Assembly (NCBI GenBank): GCA_963664375.1
Contig: OY761449.1
Location: 2,315,087-2,379,086, forward strand
Source of the DNA: Dehalococcoidia bacterium
Lineage (GTDB): Bacteria > Chloroflexota > Dehalococcoidia > Lucifugimonadales > UBA3495
DNA: 64,000 nucleotides
Direction of reading: 5' to 3'
Below the pieces are notes generated by a model, which saw nothing but the letters and a program-made list of their open reading frames with translations, did not search any database and had not been told where the DNA came from. Shown one piece after another: positions 17,562-26,175 of this stretch (position 1 is the stretch's first letter; each line of letters starts with the position of its first letter). The translations under genes and the position numbers were made by a program.

Positions 17562-17993
17562 GTGACTGACGCCTACTGTGGGCGGTGGAGACAACGCTCC
17601 GCCTGTCGTCTAGCGGAATGCCTAGTTGCCGGTGAATGCCGGTTTGGTGCCTATGACCAAGAAAGCAACGCTGCATTCGAGGAAGCACTGGAGAAGTCTA
17701 GGCGTCGCACACGTATCTTGGACGACGACGGGAGAATCCAGCTCTGCGAGCAGTGCAACAACGATGACGGCAGGGCAGTAGAAGTCGGAATTGACGGTAT
17801 CAGGATCTCCCAGGTTTGGGCACACAACGCTTTTGGCTCTGGCGTATGCCGGCTGGTCTTTATTTGTCACGCTTGCTTTTGGGCTATCCAACAAGACGCT
17901 GTCCAAGGCATTGAATCCTGGTTCGGGCCGTGGCATGAGATGTACGGCGTGCGCGAGGAATGTGCCGCCTGTCGTGCGGAACTGGGGATCTAA
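17562..17993 (+). CDS. Hypothetical Cys-rich protein (143 aa)
   Basis: The ORF frame runs into the IS, so the start was chosen at GTG 17562, 7 nt after GGAGAA. 13 Cys including CEQC, CHAC and CAAC pairs. GC is lower than the surroundings. Confidence 0.4.
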   Translation: MTDAYCGRWRQRSACRLAECLVAGECRFGAYDQESNAAFEEALEKSRRRTRILDDDGRIQLCEQCNNDDGRAVEVGIDGIRISQVWAHNAFGSGVCRLVFICHACFWAIQQDAVQGIESWFGPWHEMYGVREECAACRAELGI

Positions 17994-18020
17994 GACTACC
18001 GTTTAACGAATGTCCACACG

Positions 18021-18055
18021 CCCCCACCCTAACCCTCCCCCGGAGGGAGAGGGAA
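18021..18055 (+). repeat. REP-A element
   Basis: cccccaccctaaccctcccccggagggagagggaac. Confidence 0.9.
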
Positions 18056-18154
18056 CAGTCGCCGACCACCGACAACAATCGACAGCCTGCCGTATGCGGG
18101 TTATCATAGCCGCAAATTCCGGCGCCCTTTATTCGTGAAATTCAGGAGCTAATC

Positions 18155-19354
18155 ATGCGTCGCGTTGCCATTGTTTCACCCGTCCGCACCGCCGTCGGGA
18201 ACTTCGGCGGCACTCTGCGGGATGTCTCTGCCGCCGAACTGGCCAGCACGGTCATCAAGGAAACCCTGGACCGCTCCGGTGTTGACCCGGCCAAGATTGA
18301 CGACGTTATCCTCGGCCACGGCTACCCCAGCGGCGAGAATCCCGCCATCGGCCGTCTGGCAGGGCTGAAGGCTGGCCTGCCTATCGAGGTGCCCGGCTAC
18401 CAGCTTGACCGCCGCTGCTCCTCGGGCCTGCAAGCCATCCTCAACGCCAGCATGCTGGTGCAGACGGAGAACGCCGACGTGGTTATCGCTGGCGGCGTCG
18501 AGAGCATGAGCGGCGCGGAGTTCTACAGCAACGAATCCCGCTGGGGCGCGCGCTACGGCTCGGTCACTTTCCACGACCGCTTGGCCCGCGCCCGCGTCAC
18601 CATCTCCCCGGACGAGCGCTTCGGCCCCATCCCCGGCGGGATGGTGGAAACTGCCGAGAACCTGGCCCGCGAGTACGAAATCGCCCGCACCGAGCAGGAT
18701 GAGTACGCCCTGCGCAGCCACCAGCGGGCCGTCGCCGCCCAGACTGAAGGCCGTTTCGACAAGGAAATCGTCGGCGTTCCCGTCCCGCAGCGCCGCGGCG
18801 ACCCGGTGCCTTTCGAGAAGGACGAAGGCCCCCGCGCCGACACCAACATGGACACGCTGGCCCGTCTGCGCCCGGTGATGCGCGACGGCACGGTCTCCGC
18901 GGGCAACGCCAGCAGCCAGAACGACGCTGCTTCGGTGTGCCTGGTGGTCGGCGAGGACAAGCTGGAGGAGCTGGGCCTCACGCCCATGGCCTTCCTGCGC
19001 GGCTGGGCCGTCACCGGCTGCCACCCGGCCACCATGGGCATCGGCCCCGTCCCGGCGGTCAACAAGGTGATGGGCAAGATCGGTCTCTCCCTCGAGGACA
19101 TGGACTTGATCGAGCTCAACGAAGCCTTCGCCGCCCAGGTGCTGGCCGTGCTGCGCGAGTGGAAGCTGCCCCACGAAGACAACCTGAACGTCAACGGTTC
19201 CGGCATCTCGCTGGGCCACCCCATCGCGGCCACCGGCGCCCGCATCCTGACCACGCTGCTGCACGAGATGGAGCGCCGCAACGCCCAGTTCGGCCTCGAA
19301 ACAATGTGCGTCGGCGGCGGCCAGGGCGTAGCCGCCGTCTTCGAACGCGAGTAA
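18155..19354 (+). CDS. Acetyl-CoA C-acetyltransferase (thiolase II)
   Basis: Active-site Cys context RRCSSGLQAI, then NVNGSGISLGHPIAATGAR and CVGGGQGVA near the C-terminus. Confidence 0.95.
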   Translation: MRRVAIVSPVRTAVGNFGGTLRDVSAAELASTVIKETLDRSGVDPAKIDDVILGHGYPSGENPAIGRLAGLKAGLPIEVPGYQLDRRCSSGLQAILNASMLVQTENADVVIAGGVESMSGAEFYSNESRWGARYGSVTFHDRLARARVTISPDERFGPIPGGMVETAENLAREYEIARTEQDEYALRSHQRAVAAQTEGRFDKEIVGVPVPQRRGDPVPFEKDEGPRADTNMDTLARLRPVMRDGTVSAGNASSQNDAASVCLVVGEDKLEELGLTPMAFLRGWAVTGCHPATMGIGPVPAVNKVMGKIGLSLEDMDLIELNEAFAAQVLAVLREWKLPHEDNLNVNGSGISLGHPIAATGARILTTLLHEMERRNAQFGLETMCVGGGQGVAAVFERE

Positions 19355-19364
19355 CTCAAGTCTA

Positions 19365-19405
19365 TTCCCTCCCCCTTGAGGGGGAGGGTCAGGGTGGGGG
19401 TGAAA
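19365..19405 (-). repeat. REP-A element, copy 1 of a tandem triple
   Basis: ttccctcccccttgagggggagggtcagggtgggggtgaaa. Confidence 0.9.
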
Positions 19406-19427
19406 GCCTCCGGCAGCATATTCCCTA

Positions 19428-19464
19428 AATCCCCCCGAGGGGGAGGGTTAGGGTGGGGTGAACC
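19428..19464 (-). repeat. REP-A element, copy 2 of a tandem triple
   Basis: aaatccccccgagggggagggttagggtggggtgaac. Confidence 0.85.
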
Positions 19465-19483
19465 CTCCGACAGCACATTCCCT

Positions 19484-19528
19484 AAATCCCCTCCCCCTTG
19501 AGGGGGAGGGTTAGGGTGGGGGTGAAAA
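19484..19528 (-). repeat. REP-A element, copy 3 of a tandem triple
   Basis: aaatcccctcccccttgagggggagggttagggtgggggtgaaaa. The spacer (c.gcagca.attccctaaatcc) is also repeated. Confidence 0.9.
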
Positions 19529-19557
19529 CCTCCGCATCAGCCACTAGGAGTATCAAG

Positions 19558-21156
19558 ATGGCAAGCAACCAGGACATCCCCGACGTACTGGTAATCGGCG
19601 CAGGCGCTTCCGGCGCGGCCATGGTCTGGAGTCTGGCCGAGGCAGGCATAGACGTCCTCTGCCTGGAGCAGGGCGACTGGCTGGACCGGGAGGCTTTCCC
19701 GGCCACCAACCCGGACAGCCAGATCCACTGGCAGACCGATTTCCACCCTGACCCCAGCGTGCGTAGGCTGCCCGAGGACTACCCGGTCAACAGCGAAGCG
19801 TCGCCCATTGCGCCTTACATGTACAACGCCGTGGGCGGCAGCACCGTCCACTACGGCTCCCACTACCCGCGCTTCCATCCCTCCGACTTCCGCGTGCGGA
19901 CGCTGGACGGCGTGGCCGACGACTGGCCGCTGACCTACGACGAGCTGGAACCCTACTTCGACCTGAACGACCGGATTATGGGCGTTTCAGGACTGCGCGG
20001 CGACCCGGCCTACCCGCCCAAACCCGAGCGGCCCTGTCCGCCGCTGTCCATCCGGCCCGGCGGCGAGGTGCTGGCCAAGGGCTTCGACAAGCTGGGCTGG
20101 CACTGGTGGTCCTCGGACACCGCCATCTCCTCTGTGGCCTACGATGGCCGCGAACCGGACTCCGGCGGCTACCTGCGCTCCCTGGCTAGCACCGACCTCA
20201 CCTACTGGCCCAAGGCGCTGGAGCTAGGTGCCCGTCTTGTAACCAAGGCCCGCGTACGGGAGATACTGGTCGACAACACCGGCAAGGCCACCGGCGTCCT
20301 GTACTACGACGCCGACGGCAACCTGGTCGAGCAGAAAGCCAAGTCCGTGGTGATGGCCTGCAACGGCATCGGTACGCCGCGGCTGTTGCTCAACTCCACC
20401 TCGCCGCTGTTCCCGGACGGCCTGGCCAACAGCAGCGGGCTGGTCGGCAAGTGCCTGATGCACCACCCGGCCGGCGTGGTGGTCGGGGTGTTCGACCAGT
20501 GGCTGGGCACCGAGGACGGCTTCCCACGCGGCAGCACCATGCTCAGCCAGGAGTTCTACGAGACCGACACCAGCCGGGGTTTCGTGCGCGGCTATGACCT
20601 GCAAATCCTGGCCCTCGGCGGCTCGCCGCTGCCCACGGCCCTCGGCGGACTGCTGGGCGAGCGCATACCCTGGGGCGAGGGACACCACCAAGCCTTCGAC
20701 GAGCGCTTCGGTCACACCGTGGGTATCACCATCATGACCGAAGACCTGCCCGAAGAGCACAACCTGGTTACCCTTGACCCCGACGCAACCGACAGCAACG
20801 GTATCCCCGCCGTCAAGGTGGAGTACACCGTCAGCGAGAACACCAACCGCATGCTCGACCACGGCGTTGAGCGGGCCAAAGAGGTGATGGAGGCCGCGGG
20901 CGCAAAGCAGATCATGACCTCCCGCCTGCGCCGCAACGCCGGCTGGCACCTGCTGGGCACGGCCCGCATGGGTTCCGACCCGAACACGTCGGTGGTCGAC
21001 CGCTGGGGCCGATGCCACGACGTGCCCAACCTGTTCATCATCGACGGCAGCATTTTCACCACCAGCGCCTGCATCAACCCCACGTCCACCATCCAGGCGC
21101 TGGCCCTCCGCACCGCCGACTACCTCAAGGGGGAGGGCCGCGACTCCATCCGGTAG
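19558..21156 (+). CDS. GMC family FAD-dependent oxidoreductase
   Basis: DVLVIGAGASGAAM FAD motif and the C-terminal GTARMG...NLFIIDGSIF GMC signature. ATG 19558 with an AGGAG RBS. The upstream ORF extension is REP-encoded. Confidence 0.9.
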   Translation: MASNQDIPDVLVIGAGASGAAMVWSLAEAGIDVLCLEQGDWLDREAFPATNPDSQIHWQTDFHPDPSVRRLPEDYPVNSEASPIAPYMYNAVGGSTVHYGSHYPRFHPSDFRVRTLDGVADDWPLTYDELEPYFDLNDRIMGVSGLRGDPAYPPKPERPCPPLSIRPGGEVLAKGFDKLGWHWWSSDTAISSVAYDGREPDSGGYLRSLASTDLTYWPKALELGARLVTKARVREILVDNTGKATGVLYYDADGNLVEQKAKSVVMACNGIGTPRLLLNSTSPLFPDGLANSSGLVGKCLMHHPAGVVVGVFDQWLGTEDGFPRGSTMLSQEFYETDTSRGFVRGYDLQILALGGSPLPTALGGLLGERIPWGEGHHQAFDERFGHTVGITIMTEDLPEEHNLVTLDPDATDSNGIPAVKVEYTVSENTNRMLDHGVERAKEVMEAAGAKQIMTSRLRRNAGWHLLGTARMGSDPNTSVVDRWGRCHDVPNLFIIDGSIFTTSACINPTSTIQALALRTADYLKGEGRDSIR

Positions 21157-21173
21157 AGCGCAACATCTTACAA

Positions 21174-21217
21174 TTCCCCCTCCCCCTCGAGGGAGAGGGT
21201 TGGGGTGGGGGTGAAAT
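21174..21217 (-). repeat. REP-A element
   Basis: ttccccctccccctcgagggagagggttggggtgggggtgaaatc. Confidence 0.85.
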
Positions 21218-21255
21218 CGTAAGTGTTACCCCTTCTGCTTACCACGTACATACGT

Positions 21256-21290
21256 CCTCACCCTAACCCTCTCCCGGTGGGAGAGGGAAC
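21256..21290 (+). repeat. REP-A element
   Basis: cctcaccctaaccctctcccggtgggagagggaac. Confidence 0.85.
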
Positions 21291-21444
21291 AATAAAAGGC
21301 CCCGCCGTAGTGACGCCCGCCCGTTGACACCCCAATAGGGCGGGCTTACGATTACCCCTGCCCGCCGTGCGCTCAATATTTCCTTTTCCGCCGGGAGAGG
21401 GTTATGTTGAGGGCGCGTACCGGCAAATCCGCTACGAAAAGGTG

Positions 21445-22395
21445 ATGAAGATGCCAGAAGTTTATGGCGTAGGTGACTTTCGGTACGAATTCGTCGAGGA
21501 TTGGGCCAAGCTCCCCGACGGAACCAACTTCCAGGAATGCCCCGGCGTTGCCTGCGACTCCAACGACAACGTGTTCGTGCTGACCCGCGGCAAGAACCCC
21601 ATCATGGTCTTCGACCGCGACGGCAACTACATGCGCTCCTTCGGCGAGGGCCTGTTCAGCGACAACCGCACCCACGGCCTCTACATCGGCCACGACGACT
21701 CGCTGCTGGCCGCCGACGACGGCATCCACACCATCCAGAAGTTCAGCGCCAACGGCGAGAAGGTCTGGGAGTTGGGCGAGCGCAACAACCCGGCCCCGCG
21801 CTGGAGCGGCGAGCCGTTCAACCGGCCCACCTCCGCCGCCACCAATCCCGCCAACGGCGACATCTACGTCTCCGACGGCTACGGCAACTCCCGCGTCCAC
21901 GTCTACACCAGCCAGCTTGAGTACAAGTTCTCCTGGGGCGAGCCGGGCATCGACGCCGGTCAGTTCATCCGCCCCCACAACATCGCCTTCGACAGCAACG
22001 AGCGCGTCTACGTGGTCGACCGCGAGTGCCACCGGATCCAGATTTTCGATCCCGAAGGCAACTTCATCACCATGTGGAGCAACATCCACCGCCCCGACTC
22101 CATGGTGCTGTGGGGCGAGCACATCTACGTCGGCGAGCTGAACGGCATGGGCGGCGTTGACGACGCTCCCGGCCTCGGCCACCGCGTCAGCATCTACGAC
22201 CTCGACGGCAACCGCGTCTGCATGTTCGGCGACAAGGCCGAGGGCGAGGGCGGCGGCCAGTTCATCGCCCCCCACGGCATCGCCGTCGACTCCCACGGCG
22301 ACATCTACGTGGCCGAGGTCTCATACACCATCCGCGGCCAGCACATGAACCCGCCCCGCGAACTCCGCTCCCTCTCCAAGTACCGCCGGGTGTAG
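21445..22395 (+). CDS. NHL-repeat beta-propeller protein (peptidyl-alpha-hydroxyglycine alpha-amidating lyase-like)
   Basis: Repeated NHL-type blades (GDIYVSDGYGNSRVHVY, ERVYVVDRECHRIQIFD, HGDIYVAEV). Start set after the REP-derived upstream sequence. Confidence 0.75.
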   Translation: MKMPEVYGVGDFRYEFVEDWAKLPDGTNFQECPGVACDSNDNVFVLTRGKNPIMVFDRDGNYMRSFGEGLFSDNRTHGLYIGHDDSLLAADDGIHTIQKFSANGEKVWELGERNNPAPRWSGEPFNRPTSAATNPANGDIYVSDGYGNSRVHVYTSQLEYKFSWGEPGIDAGQFIRPHNIAFDSNERVYVVDRECHRIQIFDPEGNFITMWSNIHRPDSMVLWGEHIYVGELNGMGGVDDAPGLGHRVSIYDLDGNRVCMFGDKAEGEGGGQFIAPHGIAVDSHGDIYVAEVSYTIRGQHMNPPRELRSLSKYRRV

Positions 22396-22465
22396 CCTAA
22401 AAGCGCGGCCACCGGCGGCGCTTTGGAGACAGGCGCCGCCGGTTCGAGAGTAACAGGAGTGAGCT

Positions 22466-22843
22466 ATGTTAACCATCGATGTTTTTCTGGCAACAATGTC
22501 TGCGCTAGTGGTAGCCGCCACTGCTGTACTCCTCTGGATTCTGACGGAGTTCCGGGCGATACGAAAGGAAGTTCGGGAAGGGTTCGAATCAGAAAGGCGG
22601 CAACAGCAAGCCGACAGGGATGCTGACCGAAGGGAACGGCAAGCGGAAAGAGAGGCGGACAGGCAGGAACGCCGTGAGGACAACCGGGCGTTGCGGGAGG
22701 ATTTGCTTGCGGCAATCCGGGTTGAATCCGAAGCGCGGCGCGCGGATACCCAGCGGATACTGGAGTCGATACACTTCCATAGCCACGACCCCGACGGCAC
22801 GGTAGCCCTCCGCCCACCCAGCAAGCCGCTGACTGAGAGTTGA
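22466..22843 (+). CDS. Membrane-anchored charged coiled-coil protein (125 aa), unknown function
   Basis: AGGAG RBS. N-terminal TM helix (VFLATMSALVVAATAVLLWIL) followed by an R/E/D/Q-rich helix (RRQQQADRDADRRERQAEREADRQERRED). Confidence 0.6.
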   Translation: MLTIDVFLATMSALVVAATAVLLWILTEFRAIRKEVREGFESERRQQQADRDADRRERQAEREADRQERREDNRALREDLLAAIRVESEARRADTQRILESIHFHSHDPDGTVALRPPSKPLTES

Positions 22844-22847
22844 AGCC

Positions 22848-23843
22848 ATGACCACGCCCAACCTTGCGAAAATCGAACGGGTAGACCTGCGCGAAGCGTG
22901 GGAACACGAGGCATATAATTTCACTCCTTGGCTCGCCAAACACATCGCCGAGCTAGGCGACGCGCTGAAGATGAACTTGCAGACCATCCAGCAGGAGGCT
23001 CCTGTGGGAAGCTTTTCGCTGGATATTCTAGCCATTGATTTTGACAGCAACCGCCGCGTGATAATTGAAAACCAATTGGAGGTTACCAACCACACACATT
23101 TGGGCCAACTGATAACCTACGCCGCAGGATATGATGCAAACGTTGTTGTATGGCTTACGCGGGAATTCCGAGACGAACACCGGCAAGCCCTGGACTGGCT
23201 CAATCAACGCACAGGCGAAGACACGCAATTTTTTGGAGTTGAAGTCGAGTTGTGGCGAATCGGAGAATCTTTACCGGCACCCCATTTCAAAGCAGTCGCC
23301 GCGCCGAATGATTGGATCAAACGGCAGAAGTCTGCCGTTCCGGTAACTGAAAAAGACAAACAAAACTTTGAATGGCGCGGTGTGCTAATAGAATCATTGC
23401 GTAATGATTCTGAAATCAAGTTCTCATCCAGGAGGAATGTCGAAGCAAAGGCCACGTGGCTACTGATCGAAAGACCTGTTACCGACGTCATATACGCGGC
23501 TACTTGGAGTCGGGGCAATCCCGGAATTGAGATTATTGCCCACAAGGGAGGGGCAGGCGGTAGGGAATGGAACCAACGCTTTCTTGATGCTCTGGAAGCT
23601 GAAAGTTCCTCAATTGAGGCTGGTCTTGTAGATCACGAAAAGGGAGAGTGGTGCCTTTGGGAGCGGGACCATAGGCAAGGTAGCTCAAGAGCAGTCATTT
23701 ATCGGAATGGCAACATTTTTGAAGAGCCGGAACTGCGGGCGGAATTCTGTGACTGGATGATCCAGAAGCTCCACAAATTCCGCCAAGTGATAACGCCACG
23801 CCTACAAGAATTTACCGAACAGGAGCAAGCAACCATTGAGTGA
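22848..23843 (+). CDS. PD-(D/E)xK (NucS-like) nuclease-fold protein, DUF4268-type
   Basis: The core FSLDILAID...RVIIENQLEVTNHTHLGQLITYAAG...VVWL..EFRDEHRQALDWLN is typical of DUF4268-associated nuclease domains. It starts 4 nt after the previous stop. GC is about 50%, below the flanks. Confidence 0.65.
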   Translation: MTTPNLAKIERVDLREAWEHEAYNFTPWLAKHIAELGDALKMNLQTIQQEAPVGSFSLDILAIDFDSNRRVIIENQLEVTNHTHLGQLITYAAGYDANVVVWLTREFRDEHRQALDWLNQRTGEDTQFFGVEVELWRIGESLPAPHFKAVAAPNDWIKRQKSAVPVTEKDKQNFEWRGVLIESLRNDSEIKFSSRRNVEAKATWLLIERPVTDVIYAATWSRGNPGIEIIAHKGGAGGREWNQRFLDALEAESSSIEAGLVDHEKGEWCLWERDHRQGSSRAVIYRNGNIFEEPELRAEFCDWMIQKLHKFRQVITPRLQEFTEQEQATIE

Positions 23844-24897
23844 AATTGGCGAAACTACAACCGTCCAGTGGGACAGCGCGCTGGAGGCCATCGAGCGGTG
23901 CTACGAGCTTGGCTGGACCGACGGGCTGCCCGTCGTGCCGCCCACGGAGGCCCGCGTCGCTGAGTTCATTGAGCGCACCGGGCGCCCCTCTGCCGAGGTC
24001 ATTGGCGAGCTGCCCGAGCGGCGCCGGGAGATCACTGTCGGCAAGATCGCGGCCAACGCCGTGATGGCTGGCTGCCTGCCGGAGTACATGCCCGTGGTGC
24101 TTACCGCCACCGAGGCCATGCTCGACCCGGTGTTCAACCTCGTCGGCCCGTCCTCCAGCATGGGCGGCTCGGGCATCCTGACCATCATCAACGGGCCGGT
24201 GACGCGGGAGCTGAACATCAACGCCCGCAACAACCTGTTCGGGCCGGGCAATCGCGCCAACGCCACCATCGGGCGGGCCGTGCGCCTCATCCTGATGAAT
24301 GCCTGCGCCGCCATCCCCGGCGTGTTCGACCGCAGCGTCATCGGCCACCCCGGAAAGTACACCTACTGCATCGCCGAGGCCGAAACCGAAACGCACTGGA
24401 CGCCCCTGCACGTCGAGCGCGGCTTCCAAGCCAGCCAGAGTACGGTGACGGTGTTCGCTGGCGAGTCGCCCCGCCAGGTGCGTTCCGTGGGACGCCCCGA
24501 GCCGATCCTGCTGGCCATCGCCGATACCGCGTCCAGCCTCGGCACCAACATGTCCACCTCCGGCTCCGTCGGCGAGACCGGCACCGGCGTGCGGCAGGGC
24601 GAGATCGTGGTCACCATCGCGGGCAACTCCGGCCTGTGGTCGGACTGGACCAAAGAGCAGGTGCGAGATTTCATTTACCAACGGGCGCAACGCAGCATCG
24701 CCGAATTGAAGCAGGCCCAGGTACTTGCCGGAGACGTTGAGCCGGGCGATGAGTCAACGCCGGTCTCGCTCATCCCCGACCCGTCCGACATCCTGCTGCT
24801 CTTCGCGGGCGGCGAAGAGTCCAACATGTCCTCGGTAATCCCCAGTTGGGGCCCCAAGGTGGGCAGCACCGCAGTTACGAAAGTGATTCCGGCATAA
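23836..24897 (+). CDS. Conserved-looking hypothetical protein (353 aa), first gene of the selenoprotein operon
   Basis: TTG start 10 nt after AGGAG, overlapping the previous gene by 8 nt. Strong GC3 coding signal. Contains GWTDGLPVVPPTE and AANAVMAGC segments, but I cannot assign a family. Confidence 0.6.
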   Translation: MSEIGETTTVQWDSALEAIERCYELGWTDGLPVVPPTEARVAEFIERTGRPSAEVIGELPERRREITVGKIAANAVMAGCLPEYMPVVLTATEAMLDPVFNLVGPSSSMGGSGILTIINGPVTRELNINARNNLFGPGNRANATIGRAVRLILMNACAAIPGVFDRSVIGHPGKYTYCIAEAETETHWTPLHVERGFQASQSTVTVFAGESPRQVRSVGRPEPILLAIADTASSLGTNMSTSGSVGETGTGVRQGEIVVTIAGNSGLWSDWTKEQVRDFIYQRAQRSIAELKQAQVLAGDVEPGDESTPVSLIPDPSDILLLFAGGEESNMSSVIPSWGPKVGSTAVTKVIPA

Positions 24898-24915
24898 GGG
24901 GTTCAACGGAGGGGC

Positions 24916-25269
24916 ATGACGGATCGCGAGGCCCGTTGGCGGCGTAGTATTGAGGAGATCAAGGAGCTAGATGAGCGCCTTGACCAGCTATTTGTGGACA
25001 TTCGCGCCAGTGAAGAGTCCGAGCTTCCCGGGATTCTCCAGGCCTTTCAGGAATCGCCTCTTGGTAGCCGCTTTCGAGGACTGGAAGACGTGGCGGAGGA
25101 TATCCGGGAATGCTACTGCGCCGACAAGACCTGCGGGCATACCTGCACATATTGGGATTGCAGGGAACCGTGCGACGGTAAGTCCCGGGGACATTGCGAG
25201 GACTGTTTCGCATTCGTCCCGAATCTGCTAACCTTCTGCCACTGCGGCCAGACCATCATGGCATCCTGA
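24916..25269 (+). CDS. Cys/His-rich small protein (117 aa), unknown function
   Basis: GGAGGGG RBS. The C-terminal half has 11 Cys and several His (CYCADKTCGHTCTYWDCREPCDGKSRGHCEDC...CHCG). Confidence 0.6.
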   Translation: MTDREARWRRSIEEIKELDERLDQLFVDIRASEESELPGILQAFQESPLGSRFRGLEDVAEDIRECYCADKTCGHTCTYWDCREPCDGKSRGHCEDCFAFVPNLLTFCHCGQTIMAS

Positions 25270-25321
25270 CCATCGCTTTCGGAAGGAGATGGTCTCAAAA
25301 TCAAATTCGGGAGGGGAATGG

Positions 25322-25864
25322 ATGACTACCACCAACGACCATGTCCTGGTCAACCCGGTGACGCAGCCGGTGATCGCCCCGTTCAACGGCGCGCCGCGCT
25401 TGGCCAGCCTGGCCGGCACCCGCCTCGGGCTGATCGACGACAGCAAGCGCAACGCCGATGTCCTGCTGGAAGAGCTGGTGGAGATTTTGCGAACCCGCTA
25501 CGAGATTGCCAGCGTCAAGTGGCACCGCAAGCCCAGCGCCTCGCGCCCCGCCGACCCGGAGGCCCTCAAGGAGCTGGTGGAGGAGTGCGATTCCGTGGTC
25601 GTTGCGATAGGTGATTGAGGGTCTTGCAGCGCGTGCAGTGTGCACGACGGAATTCACGTTGAGAACGCTGGCATCCCCTCGGCCACCATTTGCACCGACC
25701 GGTTCATCCCGACGGCCACTGGCATGGCCCGCATGTGGGGCGCGCCCGACTACCCTACCATCTACACCGAGCACCCCATCGAGAACCTCACCCGCGAGGC
25801 CCTGCGCGCCCGCGCCGAAGGCTTGGCGCCGCTCGTTGTGCAGGTGCTGACCGGCGAGGGCTAG
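25322..25864 (+). CDS. Selenoprotein with a U-G-S-C motif (in-frame UGA at 25616-25618 read as Sec); 'UGSC family (seleno)protein'-like
   Basis: ORFs 25289-25618 and 25640-25864 share one frame and are separated only by TGA. Read-through gives VVAIGD-U-GSCSACSVHDGIHVENAG. A hairpin lies 13 nt downstream. Start ATG 25322 is preferred (GGGAGGGG 5 nt upstream), with ATG 25289 as an alternative. Confidence 0.75.
25632..25646 (+). promoter_or_regulatory. Candidate bacterial SECIS hairpin
   Basis: CGTGCA-GTG-TGCACG, a 6-bp stem and 3-nt loop, begins 13 nt after the UGA. Possible outer pairing of CAGCG (25627-25631) with CGCTG (25666-25670). Confidence 0.4.
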
Positions 25865-25897
25865 CCACGATTCATTTCTCCAAGCGCTACCTGTATC

Positions 25898-25925
25898 GTA
25901 GGGGCGCACGGCTGTGCGCCCCTAC
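25898..25925. repeat. Family-C hairpin repeat (GTAGGGGCGCAC-N4-GTGCGCCCCTAC)
   Basis: 12-bp perfect stem between convergent genes. Related copies lie at 28296-28323 and 62142-62169. Confidence 0.85.
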
Positions 25926-25935
25926 TTGAGAATCC

Positions 25936-26166
25936 CTACGCCAGCTCGCGCCGTAGTGTCGGCGGCAGCAGGTTCGGGATAGTGTCCTCAATCGGGTAGG
26001 TCTCGTCGCAAGCGGCGCAGTAGAGCGAGCCCGTCACGATCTCATCGCCCTCTTCCACGTCGGCCTTCAGTTGCAATTCGCCCTTGCACACCGGGCAAGC
26101 CAGGATTTCCATCAGGTCTCGTTTCAAGTTCTCCCCCTCGTTTCGCAGGGCCTTTTCAAAGTCCAT
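25936..26166 (-). CDS. Trm112-family zinc-ribbon protein
   Basis: ILACPVCKGELQL...LYCAACDETYPIEDTIPNLL is the Trm112 signature. The start is ambiguous (ATG 26166 or ATG 26112). The longer ORF to 26292 is encoded by a family-D repeat. Confidence 0.75.
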   Translation of the reverse strand: MDFEKALRNEGENLKRDLMEILACPVCKGELQLKADVEEGDEIVTGSLYCAACDETYPIEDTIPNLLPPTLRRELA

Positions 26167-26175
26167 TCCAAGCCG

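Noticed and set aside
19365-19528. Possible CRISPR array (regularly spaced repeats)
   Set aside because: There are only three units. The repeats are the palindromic REP-A element found dispersed elsewhere, the 'spacers' are themselves duplicated, and there are no cas genes or leader.
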